DNA of 64,000 bases from the NCBI GenBank assembly GCA_964057225.1, contig OZ059895.1, positions 13,454,001 to 13,518,000 on the forward strand. The letters run 5' to 3'. Source of the DNA: Auanema rhodensis. Lineage: Eukaryota > Animalia > Nematoda. Shown here in pieces: positions 12,587-23,411 of the stretch. Positions within the stretch are counted from its first letter, which is position 1. Each line of letters begins with the position of its first letter. The notes under the pieces are model-generated. The model did not search any database and was not told the DNA's origin. It saw only the letters and a program-made list of their open reading frames with translations. The translations under genes were made by a program, and so were the position numbers.

Positions 12587-13794
12587 TTTCAAATTTTTTT
12601 AACGATCATACCACATTGAAAGTACGCAATGCAGCTGATTTTCAATTTTATCTCTTCCGTAACAAATGTTTTTAATTTTCCAGCAGTTTTACTTAGATAG
12701 CTCAACCCAAGGCATCAAAATATCTTCAATCTTATTTCTATATTACAGTTATAAACCAGTAGTTTATGAACCTTCATCTTAACTTTACTGTTTCTATCTA
12801 TTTCCTATTGAAACAAACATTGTTTTAACACTATACAACTGTGAAACCTTTTTTAATTTATTGTATTTGGAGCTCATAAGATTTGATATCATCGAGGAAT
12901 TTAGATGTAACGTAGAAAATTACATAACTAACATGAAATTGGAAAAAAAACAATAACGAGGATAAGTATGTAAATCATTGAATATCAGGTATTTTCGCTT
13001 ACGACCATACCACGTTGAAAGTACGCAATGCAGCTGATTTTCAATTTTATCTCTTCCGTAACAAATGTTTTTAATTTTCCAGCAGTTTTACTTAGATAGC
13101 TCAACCCAAGGCATCAAAATATCTTCAATCTTATTTCTATACTACAGTTATAAACCAGTAGTTTATGAACCTTCATCTTAACTTTACTGTTTCTATCTAT
13201 TTTCTATTGAAACAAACATTGTTTAAACACTATACAACTGTGAAACCTTTTTTAATTTATTGTATTTGGAGCTCATAAGATTTGATATCATCGAGGAATT
13301 TAGATGTAACGTAGAAAATTACATAACTAACATGAAATTGGAAAAAAAACAATAACGAGGATAAGTATGTAAATCATTGAATATCAGATTTTTTCGCTTA
13401 CGACCATACCACGTTGAAAGTACGCCATGCAGCTGATTTTCAATTTTATCTCTTCCGTAACAAATGTTTTTAATTTTCCAGCAGTTTTACTTAGATAGCT
13501 CAACCCAAGGCATCAAAATATCTTCAATCTTATTTCTATATTACAGTTATAAACCAGTAGTTTATGAACCTTCATCTTAACTTTACTGTTTCTATCTATT
13601 TCCTATTGAAACAAACATTGTTTTAACACTATACAACTGTGAAACCTTTTTTAATTTATTGTATTTGGAGCTCATAAGATTTGATATCATCGAGGAATTT
13701 AGATGTAACGTAGAAAATTACATAACTAACATGAAATTGGAAAAAAAACAATAACGAGGATAAGTATGTAAATCATTGAATATCAGGTATTTTC

Positions 13795-13913
13795 GCTTAC
13801 GACCATACCACGTTGAAAGTACGCCATCCCGTCCGATCTGGCAAGTCAAGCAACGTTGGGCCCGGTTAGTACTTGGATCGGAGACGGCTTGGGAATCCCG
13901 GGTGCCGTAAGCT
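13795..13913 (+). rRNA. 5S rRNA
   Basis: Full-length. Confidence 0.95.
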
Positions 13914-14318
13914 TTTCAAATTTTTTTAACGATCATACCACGTTGAAAGTACGCCATGCAGCTGATTTTCAATTTTATCTCTTCAGTAACAAATGTTTTT
14001 AATTTTCCAGCAGTTTTACTTAGATAGCTCAACCCAAGGCATCAAAATATCTTCAATCTTATTTCTATATTACAGTTATAAACCAGTAGTTTATGAACCT
14101 TCATCTTAACTTTACTGTTTCTATTTCCTATTGAAACAAACATTGTTTTAACACTATACAACTGTGAAACTTTTTTTATTTATTGTATTTGGAGCTCATA
14201 AGATTTGATATCATCGAGGAATTTAGATGTAAAGTAGAAAATTACATAACTAACATGAAATTGGAAAAAAAACAATAACGAGGATAAGTATGTAAGTCAT
14301 TGAATATCAGATTTTTTC

Positions 14319-14437
14319 GTTTACGACCATACCACGTTGAAAGTACGCCATCCCGTCCGATCTTGCAAGTCAAGCAACGTTGGGCCCGGTTAGTACTTGG
14401 ATCGGAGACGGCTTGGGAATCCCGGGTGCCGTAAGCT
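14319..14437 (+). rRNA. 5S rRNA
   Basis: Full-length, two substitutions. Confidence 0.9.
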
Positions 14438-14843
14438 TTTCAAATTTTTTTAACGATCATACCACGTTGAAAGTACGCAATGCAGCTGATTTTCAATTTT
14501 ATCTCTTCCGTAACAAATGTTTTTAATTTTCCAGCAGTTTTACTTAGATAGCTCAACCCAAGGCATCAAAATATCTTCAATCTTATTTCTATATTACAGT
14601 TATAAACCAGTAGTTTATGAACCTTCATCTTAACTTTACTGTTTCTATTTCCTATTGAAACAAACATTGTTTTAACACTATACAACTGTGAAACCTTTTT
14701 TAATTTATTGTATTTGGAGCTAATAAGATTTGATATCATCGAGGAATTTAGATGTAACGTAGAAAATTACATAACTAACATGAAATTGGAAAAAAAACAA
14801 TAACGAGGATAAGTATGTAAATCATTGAATATCAGGTATTTTC

Positions 14844-14962
14844 GCATACGACCATACCACGTTGAAAGTACGCCATCCCGTCCGATCTGGCAAGTCAAGC
14901 AACGTTGGGCCCGGTTAGTACTTGGATCGGAGACGGCTTGGGAATCCCGGGTGCCGTAAGCT
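14844..14962 (+). rRNA. 5S rRNA
   Basis: Full-length. Confidence 0.92.
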
Positions 14963-15367
14963 TTTCAAAATTTTTTAACGATCATACCACGTTGAAAGTA
15001 CGTCATGCAGCTGATTTTCAATTTTATCTCTTCAGTAACAAATGTTTTTAATTTTCCAGCAGTTTTACTTAGATAGCTCAACCCAAGGCATCAAAATATC
15101 TTCAATCTTATTTCTATATTACAGTTATAAACCAGTAGTTTATGAACCTTCATCTTAACTTTACTGTTTCTATTTCCTATTGAAACAAACATTGTTTTAA
15201 CACTATACAACTGTGAAACTTTTTTTATTTATTGTATTTGGAGCTCATAAGATTTGATATCATCGAGGAATTTAGATGTAAAGTAGAAAATTACATAACT
15301 AACATGAAATTGGAAAAAAAACAATAACGAGGATAAGTATGTAAATCATTGAATATCAGGTATTTTC

Positions 15368-15486
15368 GCTTACGACCATACCACGTTGAAAGTACGCCAT
15401 CCCGTCCGATCTGGCAAGTCAAGCAACGTTGGGCCCGGTTAGTACTTGGATCGGAGACGGCTTGGGAATCCCGGGTGCCGTAAGCT
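15368..15486 (+). rRNA. 5S rRNA
   Basis: Full-length. Confidence 0.95.
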
Positions 15487-15892
15487 TTTCAAAATTTTTT
15501 AACGATCATACCACGTTGAAAGTACGCAATGCAGCTGATTTTCAATTTTATCTCTTCCGTAACAAATGTTTTTAATTTTCCAGCAGTTTTACTTAGATAG
15601 CTCAACCCAAGGCATCAAAATATCTTCAATCTTATTTCTATATTACAGTTATAAACCAGTAGTTTATGAACCTTCATCTTAACTTTACTGTTTCTATTTC
15701 CTATTGAAACAAACATTGTTTTAACACTATACAACTGTGAAACCTTTTTTAATTTATTGTATTTGGAGCTAATAAAATTTGATATCATCGAGGAATTTAG
15801 ATGTAACGTAGAAAATTACATAACTAACATGAAATTGGAAAAAAAACAATAACGAGGATAAGTATGTAAATCATTGAATATCAGGTATTTTC

Positions 15893-16011
15893 GCTTACGA
15901 CCATACCACGTTGAAAGTACGCCATCCCGTCCGATCTGGCAAGTCAAGCAACGTTGGGCCCGGTTAGTACTTGGATCGGAGACGGCTTGGGAATCCCGGG
16001 TGCCGTAAGCT
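15893..16011 (+). rRNA. 5S rRNA
   Basis: Full-length. Confidence 0.95.
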
Positions 16012-16333
16012 TTTCAAAATTTTTTAACGATCATACCACGTTGAAAGTACGCAATGCAGCTGATTTTCAATTTTATCTCTTCCGTAACAAATGTTTTTAA
16101 TTTTCCAGCAGTTTTACTTAGATAGCTCAACCCAAGGCATCAAAATATCTTCAATCTTATTTCTATATTACAGTTATAAACCAGTAGTTTATGAACCTTC
16201 ATCTTAACTTTACTGTTTCTATCTATTTCCTATTGAAACAAACATTGTTTTAACACTATACAACTGTGAAACCTTTTTTAATTTATTGTATTTGGAGCTA
16301 ATAAGATTTGATATCATCGAGGAATTTAGATGT

Positions 16334-16699
16334 CGTTCCATTCGGAGACTCTATATATGTAACTGCAGGGTTAGAGCCAGACCGACTAGAGGAATGAGGA
16401 ATGGCACCGCCTTCCCTCATGCCCCTATTCGGGAGTTCGCCCCTTTGCAAGCCCATGGACGGTTTGCATCTAACTTAGTTAATCTTATATATTAGTCTTT
16501 GTCTTGTAAATGTAGTTTACTTCATCCTTGTGTTAATGTATTGTAATGATATTGTATTGTGTATAATAAACCTATATATTTCCTTATCTTATGTAATCCT
16601 TATGCTCTGTTTCCATACCGCTACACTTATGGAATACTATACGCGTAGTTGAGCAGACTACAATGGTCTGTTCAATATACGTAGGAGCATAATGGAACG
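16334..16699 (+). repeat. 5' LTR (366 bp)
   Basis: CGTTCCATT...AATGGAACG; identical by eye to 22954-23319; AATAAA at 16565. Confidence 0.95.
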
Positions 16700-16720
16700 T
16701 GGAGGTTCCACCTCGAACTC
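16700..16720 (+). promoter_or_regulatory. Primer binding site, tRNA-Gln
   Basis: TGGAGGTTCCACC is complementary to the 3' end GGTGGAACCT-CCA of metazoan tRNA-Gln. The following TCGAACTC matches the T arm after a short gap. Confidence 0.85.
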
Positions 16721-17681
16721 ATTTTTGTCGCAAAAACTCGCATAAAAAGTCCATATTTTGATATCTAAATTAAAACTTCCTCCACGGTTAGCAACATAAT
16801 GAGGGCGCCAACTTGTATAAGGTGCAGGTACAAGGGATCTCTCTTTTAGAGAGCTAGGACTATATAATTTTGAAATTTCACCCGCTGTCCCCACTCATAA
16901 AACCGTCTGAGTGTCCACCCTTATAATACCGTATCCTGCACCGCTTCTCTTGCATTTTTTTTGAGGACGTTTGGATCGAAATAGGGGACAATTTCACCAA
17001 ACGAAATTTTGATTACATTATTATTTGGCAACGAGGAGTTAGAATGAAATTTTGAAAGCGCACAAAGTTTAATATTTTATTGTGGTCAGGACTAGAGATT
17101 TGAAAGTTAAATTCAGGCGTAAAAGAGCATGCTAACTAAATATTTTTGCGGGAGCCGTTATTCGGTTTTTATTTTTTTTTGATTGTGAGAATAGACCACA
17201 CTAGTCCGAAAAATCCTGGCACAAATTTTATTGCCTGTCAGGTCATTTTGGCGAAAGCACATGGGCTACGGATGTTTTCTTCTCCGTAGAATGTGTCACC
17301 TTCCTCAGCTCATTTTTGTTGCTAACATCATAAGATATTCCCACACACCTACCGTAGTCTTCATATTGTAATATTCTATAAATTAGTGAAATGGTTTAAA
17401 GAAAAAAAAATTGCGTTTTATAAACGAGCTTTGGTCTCAGTCCATTAGTAAAATGAGCAATCTTTTTTAAATATTCTTGGAATCTCATTAGCATGCCAAA
17501 ATCATTCCGGAAAAGAATCGCCCACGGCTTTTAATAATCAACGTGCACATGAGCCATTTTCCCAAGGCGCACGCACTCCTTCTTTATTAATAAGCTCGAC
17601 CAAAGTTTGTGTTATGGAAAAAAAAAAAGAGAGAGAGAACAAATGAGTGAAATTAAGTATTTATTATATATAAAACAATTG

Positions 17682-18279
17682 TTAAAAGCCCCATTTAAAA
17701 TGCAACTGTCTCACAAATTCTATAGGCTGTGAGATGGGCTCATTGCTAGGCTCTAAATACTGCGAATACACTGAATCCGCAGAGGTCCTTAGCAATAAGC
17801 CCATAGGAGACTGTTCATAAAACAAATAAATTTTAAACAAAATTTTAGACATATAATCATAAAAATCATGAGGCTTATGCTCATACCAATTCCAAGGGGA
17901 TGCGATTAAATTGGGGTTTTCATACCAATGCGCACACAAATCGGTGAGGCACCATCGCCCAATAGCTGCAACCTCATCCGCTATTTCTTGCATTAGGGAG
18001 AAATTCACTAATCCCCTCCCCAGATAATGCATTTTTAAATCCTCGATAAACTAAAATTTTTTTTTTATTATTATTAATATAACATGTTTCTTTGTTTTAA
18101 CCAACCATCTTAATCATGTCTGGGTGAGGCCTATAAGCTAACACTTCGTCTTGATCATACAAGACGAGGTCAGCGTACAGCTTTCTCAAGACAAAAGTCA
18201 TTCCCGATAGACCTTCATAAGCCATTCTTTGATTTTTTTTTCCTTCTTCAGCTCTACAAATATAAAGAATCTTATGCAT
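17682..18279 (-). CDS. Antisense two-exon accessory gene of the LTR element (about 180 aa, unknown function)
   Basis: A 55-nt GT..TTTTAG intron (18051-18105) joins the two track ORFs in frame (DMIKM|FIEDLKMHY). TTTTCAG lies 20 nt before the ATG and AATAAA about 17 nt after the stop. Confidence 0.7.
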
Positions 18280-18639
18280 AAAAAGGGGACATAAAACGAC
18301 TGAAAATCTCTCTCATACTTTCAAGAATTCAATTAGAGTAAAGTATTAAGATTGAGGCTGGAAAGAGCGAAGACCAACAAAATTTATAATTGATGAACAT
18401 CTGTGAAAAAGAATAAAGAAAAGAGAATACGGTAGATAGGCGGAGCCAGATCTCAGGCCAAGATTTTAGAACTCTTTCTCATCTAATAACGATTCTCGGC
18501 GAAAGACGCCACGTCTCAATCTTCAAACTTTTCTTAATTTTCCCTATAACCGACCTGAATTTCTTGTCACTCATTCAACGTCAACATCCCCCATATAACG
18601 AAACACTCGCGGTTTTTCCAAACCAAGAGTGATTCCAAA

Positions 18640-21600
18640 GTGGCACGAAGATACTCTTCGGCCGTCCCTGCTCTATACCCTTCTGAGTCCAGTGACGACA
18701 TCGCAGTCGCCAGTCGAACCAGAAGCCGCACTCGACTCCTCAGTGTTCAGATTGAAGAGCCTGAACAAGAGGTAAAACCCAAAGTCGAGAAAACCTTCAT
18801 TCCTCGAGAAGGCACGTATTCACCTCCGGACAACACCGAGGAGGACCCTGATTTCTATATTCAGGACTACAATATTCAAACTTCAGCTTCAACTCCAAAG
18901 GTACACTCTTTTAAAAGTAATAAAAAGATTCAAAAAATTCAAAAACCAAAACAAATAACCTCTAATACTTCACCAGCCACCCCCCACCTAAACTTATCAA
19001 CTTTATCAGTTAATACTGATAACGATCTTGCATCTTCTTTTGAACTAACTCTAACACCGCAGGCATTTTCCACTCCGATAGAAAACTCACAACTTAATAA
19101 AACCTCATCTCTCACTATTCGCAAATCACCCTTATCAGTTATCACTGATAAGCTTGATTCGAAAAAGCTTGATTCTAAAAAGATTAATAAAAGAAAAACT
19201 AATACACCGCGTAGGCGCTCAACCTCTAATAATCCCGTAGAACCAAATCAGGAAATTACCGAAGTTTTGCCCTTATCACTAACTACTGATAAGTTCAAAA
19301 GTAAGAAATCTTTAACAGCTCGCTTAATAAAAGTTTTGAATTTGTCTCCAGGGGAGGTAACAACAGAACAAGTTGATAACTCTCTTCACGTATCCTCCAA
19401 CCCAACCCTTAATAAGTCAGATAGCGCTATACCCAGCTCAAGCGTTTCAATACATTCGACGCCTCAGGCAACGAGTCGAGTTATCAAACTCCCAGGGAAG
19501 CGGTTCTCCTCAGCCGCCCCTACCATTAGTTATCCAACATCTGGTAACTCGAAAAAGGGAGGTAAGAACTTAACGGCGAGAAGCTCAGGCAGTAAAGGGA
19601 TTACGTCATCTCGCACATACCCTGAGGATATACCAACCATGACGGAGACACCACGTCTTCCGGGAGCTGGTAAATCTACCATTGCGCACGCATTAAGCTC
19701 ACCTTATTGCCCCATATACGACGGAAGTCGTAACTTTAGAGATTTCGTGGCAAAGTTTAATACCTTTTCTAACGCCTTAGGCTTAGTGATGCCCGAAAGA
19801 CTAACTATTTTACCATTACTATTGAAAAATGATAGAGCAGAGGAAGCTTATTTAGAGCTACCTGACAAGGTCAGAACAGCTGGACCTTGGGTTACCCTAA
19901 TAGAAGAGTTAACATCCAAGCTGTGTCCCGAATACAATCAAGACCCTGCCCTTATCACACTTCAAAACAGCACTCAAGGCGATTTATCAATTGATGGTTT
20001 TGCACAAACGTTAAGAAACCTCAGCTTAAATGCTTTCTCTAATAGTGATACTCATAAAGATCACATTCTGAGGTCCACATTTTTGAGAGGCTTGAAAAAT
20101 ACGATACGCCCAGGGGTAATTCGAGCAAAACCCAAAACTTTTGCTGAGGCTGTTGATAGTGCTCGCTGGGAGGAATCAATTGCAAACCAAGTAGCAGACC
20201 CTCAGGCGCTATTGGTTAACGCAATTGAAAGAACTTTCCCCCCGCGCAGAAACAATGGTGGGAGAGGTATGGCAAGAGGTTATCAATCTTTTAATAATAA
20301 AAATTATCAAAATTATAATAATTATAACAATTATCATCCAAACTTTCAAAACAATCAAAATTATCATAAATTTTCAAAAAATCAAAAAGGCTGGAATTTC
20401 CAAAACCCATTTGCTAGGAACCGCAATTTTGGTGACCGCGGTCGAAATTATCAGAATCAAAATCAAAATGGGTATCAAAGAAGCCACAATGCATCACAAA
20501 ATCAAGAAATGAGCAATAATAGACAGAGAAATAACAGTACCTTTAGGGGAAATAACAACAATAGAGGCAGAGGTAGAGGCTCAAGAGTCAATAATTTGAC
20601 TCTGATATCTCCTTTGACTTTAGCCGTAGCTTTATCAGTAATCTTATCACTGGTTACAACAGCTGAAGCATACCAGCTATGTACTAAAGCTACTGGAGGA
20701 GCCCTTCTCCGTCCCCCATCTCTCCGAAAATGCTTATTACCACCAATAAAGCATATCTTACGAACAAAAGTTCATCTTTATACAAGGAATCAAACGGCAC
20801 ATGAATGGGATGCATGGAGATGCTCCAAAGAAATTCATAAAATGTGTATCAGAGACCTTTTGTTCCTTAGAGATACCAATACAACGATAGCGGAGATTGA
20901 ATATAGAGCACAAAAGAACATGACAGCTAATGACAGATATTGTGTCATAAATGACTTGCTCTATACAAAACCAACAGACAAAAAGCCACAACCCGCTATC
21001 GTAATACCACAAGAACACCCCATAATTGAGGAAATAATCAAAGTTTTTCATGAGGATCCTACAATTGCAGCACATCAAGGAATTATTAAAACAAAAGAAG
21101 CAATTCTAAGAAGATTCTATTGGACAAATATGCAGAACGACATTACTATATTCATCAAGAACTGCATTAAATGTGCTCAAAGAAAAAAAGATCCACATTC
21201 CATGACGGTACAACCAATAGGTCATTTTGAGATACCAAGCAAGCCATTTGAACGAGTCCACATGGACGTAATGGGACCATTTCCCCCTTCAAAAAGAAAC
21301 TGTACCTACGTCATTACCATGCAAGACGCATTTACAAAATGGTCAACAACAATTGCTGTACCTCAAATAACAACGGAAATCACAATTGACCGATTTCTAC
21401 GACATTTCGTTTACATTTTTGGACCACCCCATCGCTTGATCACCGATAGAGGTTCGAACTTTGTATCCAAAAAGTTCGAAGAAATGTGTACTAAACTTGG
21501 AATCAAACATGAACCAACACTACCACACCAAAAGAACTCAAATGGACAAGTGGAAAGACTTCACAGAACCCTCGAAGAAGGATTAACCCACTACTTAAAA

Positions 21601-22254
21601 GAGGACCTTAGTGACTGGGATACTGTATTACCAAAAATCACTTTTGCTATTAACAATATTCAGCACGCGACTACAGGGATTGCGCCTTACATTGCATTAT
21701 TCGGTAAAGAATGCAGAATGTCAATGGACGCTGAATTACCAGAAACGATCACCAAAATTCAAGAAATTTCTGAAGAATTACTCCAAAGAAGACCAGATAT
21801 GGACAAGAGAGACAAAATAATAAAGAACCGCATAGCTAAAAATCAAGAAAATGCGAAAAAGAAGAAAGATAGAACGCAAAGAGCACACCATAGAGACATT
21901 CAACCGGGCGACATGGTGATGACGACTATAAAATCACACCAAATCGGCCAAAAGCTTCGGAAAAGCTATGATGGACCATACGAAGTCATCAACGTAGAAG
22001 GATCAAAAGTTCAAATCAGAAATTCATCAGGAAAACTACAAGATATCCACAAAGATAACTTGAAAATCTTCTCTCCTGCTTCACAAAACATCTCTTACAA
22101 CACTCGCGCAAGATTTCGAGAAAGTCAAGCAGAAGAAGATAGCGACATCGAAATAATAGAAGTGATCAACAGGAACAACAAGGATAGCATAGATACAGAG
22201 CCAGAAGATGAAAATGAAGACGAAATATGGCTTCCGAGGAATGAAGAAGAATAA
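18640..22254 (+). CDS. Polyprotein: Ser/Thr-rich leader, Gag capsid, N/Q/RG-rich region, signal peptide plus glycoprotein stub, integrase
   Basis: Gag motifs YDGSRNF, QGDLSIDGF, FLRGL..PKTFAEA. Hydrophobic LTLAVALSVILSLVTTAEA|YQLC. Integrase HHCC, VHMD/ITDRGSNF/VER, YDGPY. First in-frame ATG is at 19639. Confidence 0.92.
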   Translation: MARRYSSAVPALYPSESSDDIAVASRTRSRTRLLSVQIEEPEQEVKPKVEKTFIPREGTYSPPDNTEEDPDFYIQDYNIQTSASTPKVHSFKSNKKIQKIQKPKQITSNTSPATPHLNLSTLSVNTDNDLASSFELTLTPQAFSTPIENSQLNKTSSLTIRKSPLSVITDKLDSKKLDSKKINKRKTNTPRRRSTSNNPVEPNQEITEVLPLSLTTDKFKSKKSLTARLIKVLNLSPGEVTTEQVDNSLHVSSNPTLNKSDSAIPSSSVSIHSTPQATSRVIKLPGKRFSSAAPTISYPTSGNSKKGGKNLTARSSGSKGITSSRTYPEDIPTMTETPRLPGAGKSTIAHALSSPYCPIYDGSRNFRDFVAKFNTFSNALGLVMPERLTILPLLLKNDRAEEAYLELPDKVRTAGPWVTLIEELTSKLCPEYNQDPALITLQNSTQGDLSIDGFAQTLRNLSLNAFSNSDTHKDHILRSTFLRGLKNTIRPGVIRAKPKTFAEAVDSARWEESIANQVADPQALLVNAIERTFPPRRNNGGRGMARGYQSFNNKNYQNYNNYNNYHPNFQNNQNYHKFSKNQKGWNFQNPFARNRNFGDRGRNYQNQNQNGYQRSHNASQNQEMSNNRQRNNSTFRGNNNNRGRGRGSRVNNLTLISPLTLAVALSVILSLVTTAEAYQLCTKATGGALLRPPSLRKCLLPPIKHILRTKVHLYTRNQTAHEWDAWRCSKEIHKMCIRDLLFLRDTNTTIAEIEYRAQKNMTANDRYCVINDLLYTKPTDKKPQPAIVIPQEHPIIEEIIKVFHEDPTIAAHQGIIKTKEAILRRFYWTNMQNDITIFIKNCIKCAQRKKDPHSMTVQPIGHFEIPSKPFERVHMDVMGPFPPSKRNCTYVITMQDAFTKWSTTIAVPQITTEITIDRFLRHFVYIFGPPHRLITDRGSNFVSKKFEEMCTKLGIKHEPTLPHQKNSNGQVERLHRTLEEGLTHYLKEDLSDWDTVLPKITFAINNIQHATTGIAPYIALFGKECRMSMDAELPETITKIQEISEELLQRRPDMDKRDKIIKNRIAKNQENAKKKKDRTQRAHHRDIQPGDMVMTTIKSHQIGQKLRKSYDGPYEVINVEGSKVQIRNSSGKLQDIHKDNLKIFSPASQNISYNTRARFRESQAEEDSDIEIIEVINRNNKDSIDTEPEDENEDEIWLPRNEEE

Positions 22255-22920
22255 CAACAAGATAATGCTACGTTATTTAAATTATTGTAACAAAATAACG
22301 ATGAATTAGAGAAAAAAAAATTAATACTAAATAACATTCAAAATAAAAATAGCATTTAATAGAGATTGAGAAAAGAAAAATAAGGCAAATTCTAAACGAG
22401 GAGATGTTATGACTAATGGTTCCAAGTTACCGTAATCCTATGCGGACTAGAGGACATTTTGACAACCATCCGAGCTCCATGTGCCTCTCCAAATAAGATG
22501 AGATAAACACTGGTAGGCGTATCAACCACAATTTCATCTTAAGTGGTAGTCTCCATTAGTAATCAAGGATTCACTCTGGGAGACATATGGAGACACATTA
22601 TTAAATCATAATCTCGGTTCAATTTAGAAATGAGTACTTCTTGAGACCATTAGTCAAAATAATAACATATTCCCATTCATTACTAGCCCCTTATTCTACA
22701 ATCTCTATTAGGAAATGCTTGAATATTAAGATAATTAATTTATGAAATTAATAATATTCTAATTCATCGTCACTTCATATTATATTGAACCCTTCTTATA
22801 AATTATTGTAATTTTGTTTGTATACTAACTAAAACTCTATCATACTATAGTTATTGTGAAGCTAAAACAATTGAACTCTAAAACTCAGTTACATATAAGC
22901 CCAAATTTTTGTTTAAAATA

Positions 22921-22953
22921 TCGCGAGGTCGCGACAATCTTTGAAAAAGGGCA
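22921..22953 (+). promoter_or_regulatory. Stem-loop and polypurine tract (GAAAAAGGG) before the 3' LTR
   Basis: TCGCG-AGGT-CGCGA, then PPT 22943-22951 ending 2 nt before the LTR. Confidence 0.75.
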
Positions 22954-23319
22954 CGTTCCATTCGGAGACTCTATATATGTAACTGCAGGGTTAGAGCCAG
23001 ACCGACTAGAGGAATGAGGAATGGCACCGCCTTCCCTCATGCCCCTATTCGGGAGTTCGCCCCTTTGCAAGCCCATGGACGGTTTGCATCTAACTTAGTT
23101 AATCTTATATATTAGTCTTTGTCTTGTAAATGTAGTTTACTTCATCCTTGTGTTAATGTATTGTAATGATATTGTATTGTGTATAATAAACCTATATATT
23201 TCCTTATCTTATGTAATCCTTATGCTCTGTTTCCATACCGCTACACTTATGGAATACTATACGCGTAGTTGAGCAGACTACAATGGTCTGTTCAATATAC
23301 GTAGGAGCATAATGGAACG
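22954..23319 (+). repeat. 3' LTR (366 bp)
   Basis: Direct repeat of 16334-16699. Confidence 0.95.
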
Positions 23320-23411
23320 ATGTAACGTAGAAAATTACATAACTAACATGAAATTGGAAAAAAAACAATAACGAGGATAAGTATGTAAATCATTGAATAT
23401 CAGGTATTTTC

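Larger units (their letters stand above)
1289..16333 (+). repeat. 5S rDNA tandem array, left part: 31 units (21 full, about 529 bp; 10 deleted, 399 bp)
   Basis: Unit starts counted by hand from the repeated G(C/T)(T/A)TACGACCATACC 5' end; spacers near-identical. Confidence 0.97.
16334..23319 (+). mobile_element. Ty3/Gypsy (Metaviridae) LTR retrotransposon, complete ends, non-autonomous (no PR/RT/RH), 6986 bp
   Basis: Two 366-bp LTRs, TSD ATGT (16330-16333 and 23320-23323), PBS, PPT, Gag and integrase with GPY motif. Confidence 0.95.

Noticed and set aside
16286-16894. Short ORFs over the 5' LTR and PBS (also 22885-23076 and 62521-63125)
   Set aside because: They cross element boundaries or lie in LTR sequence, mostly with non-ATG starts.
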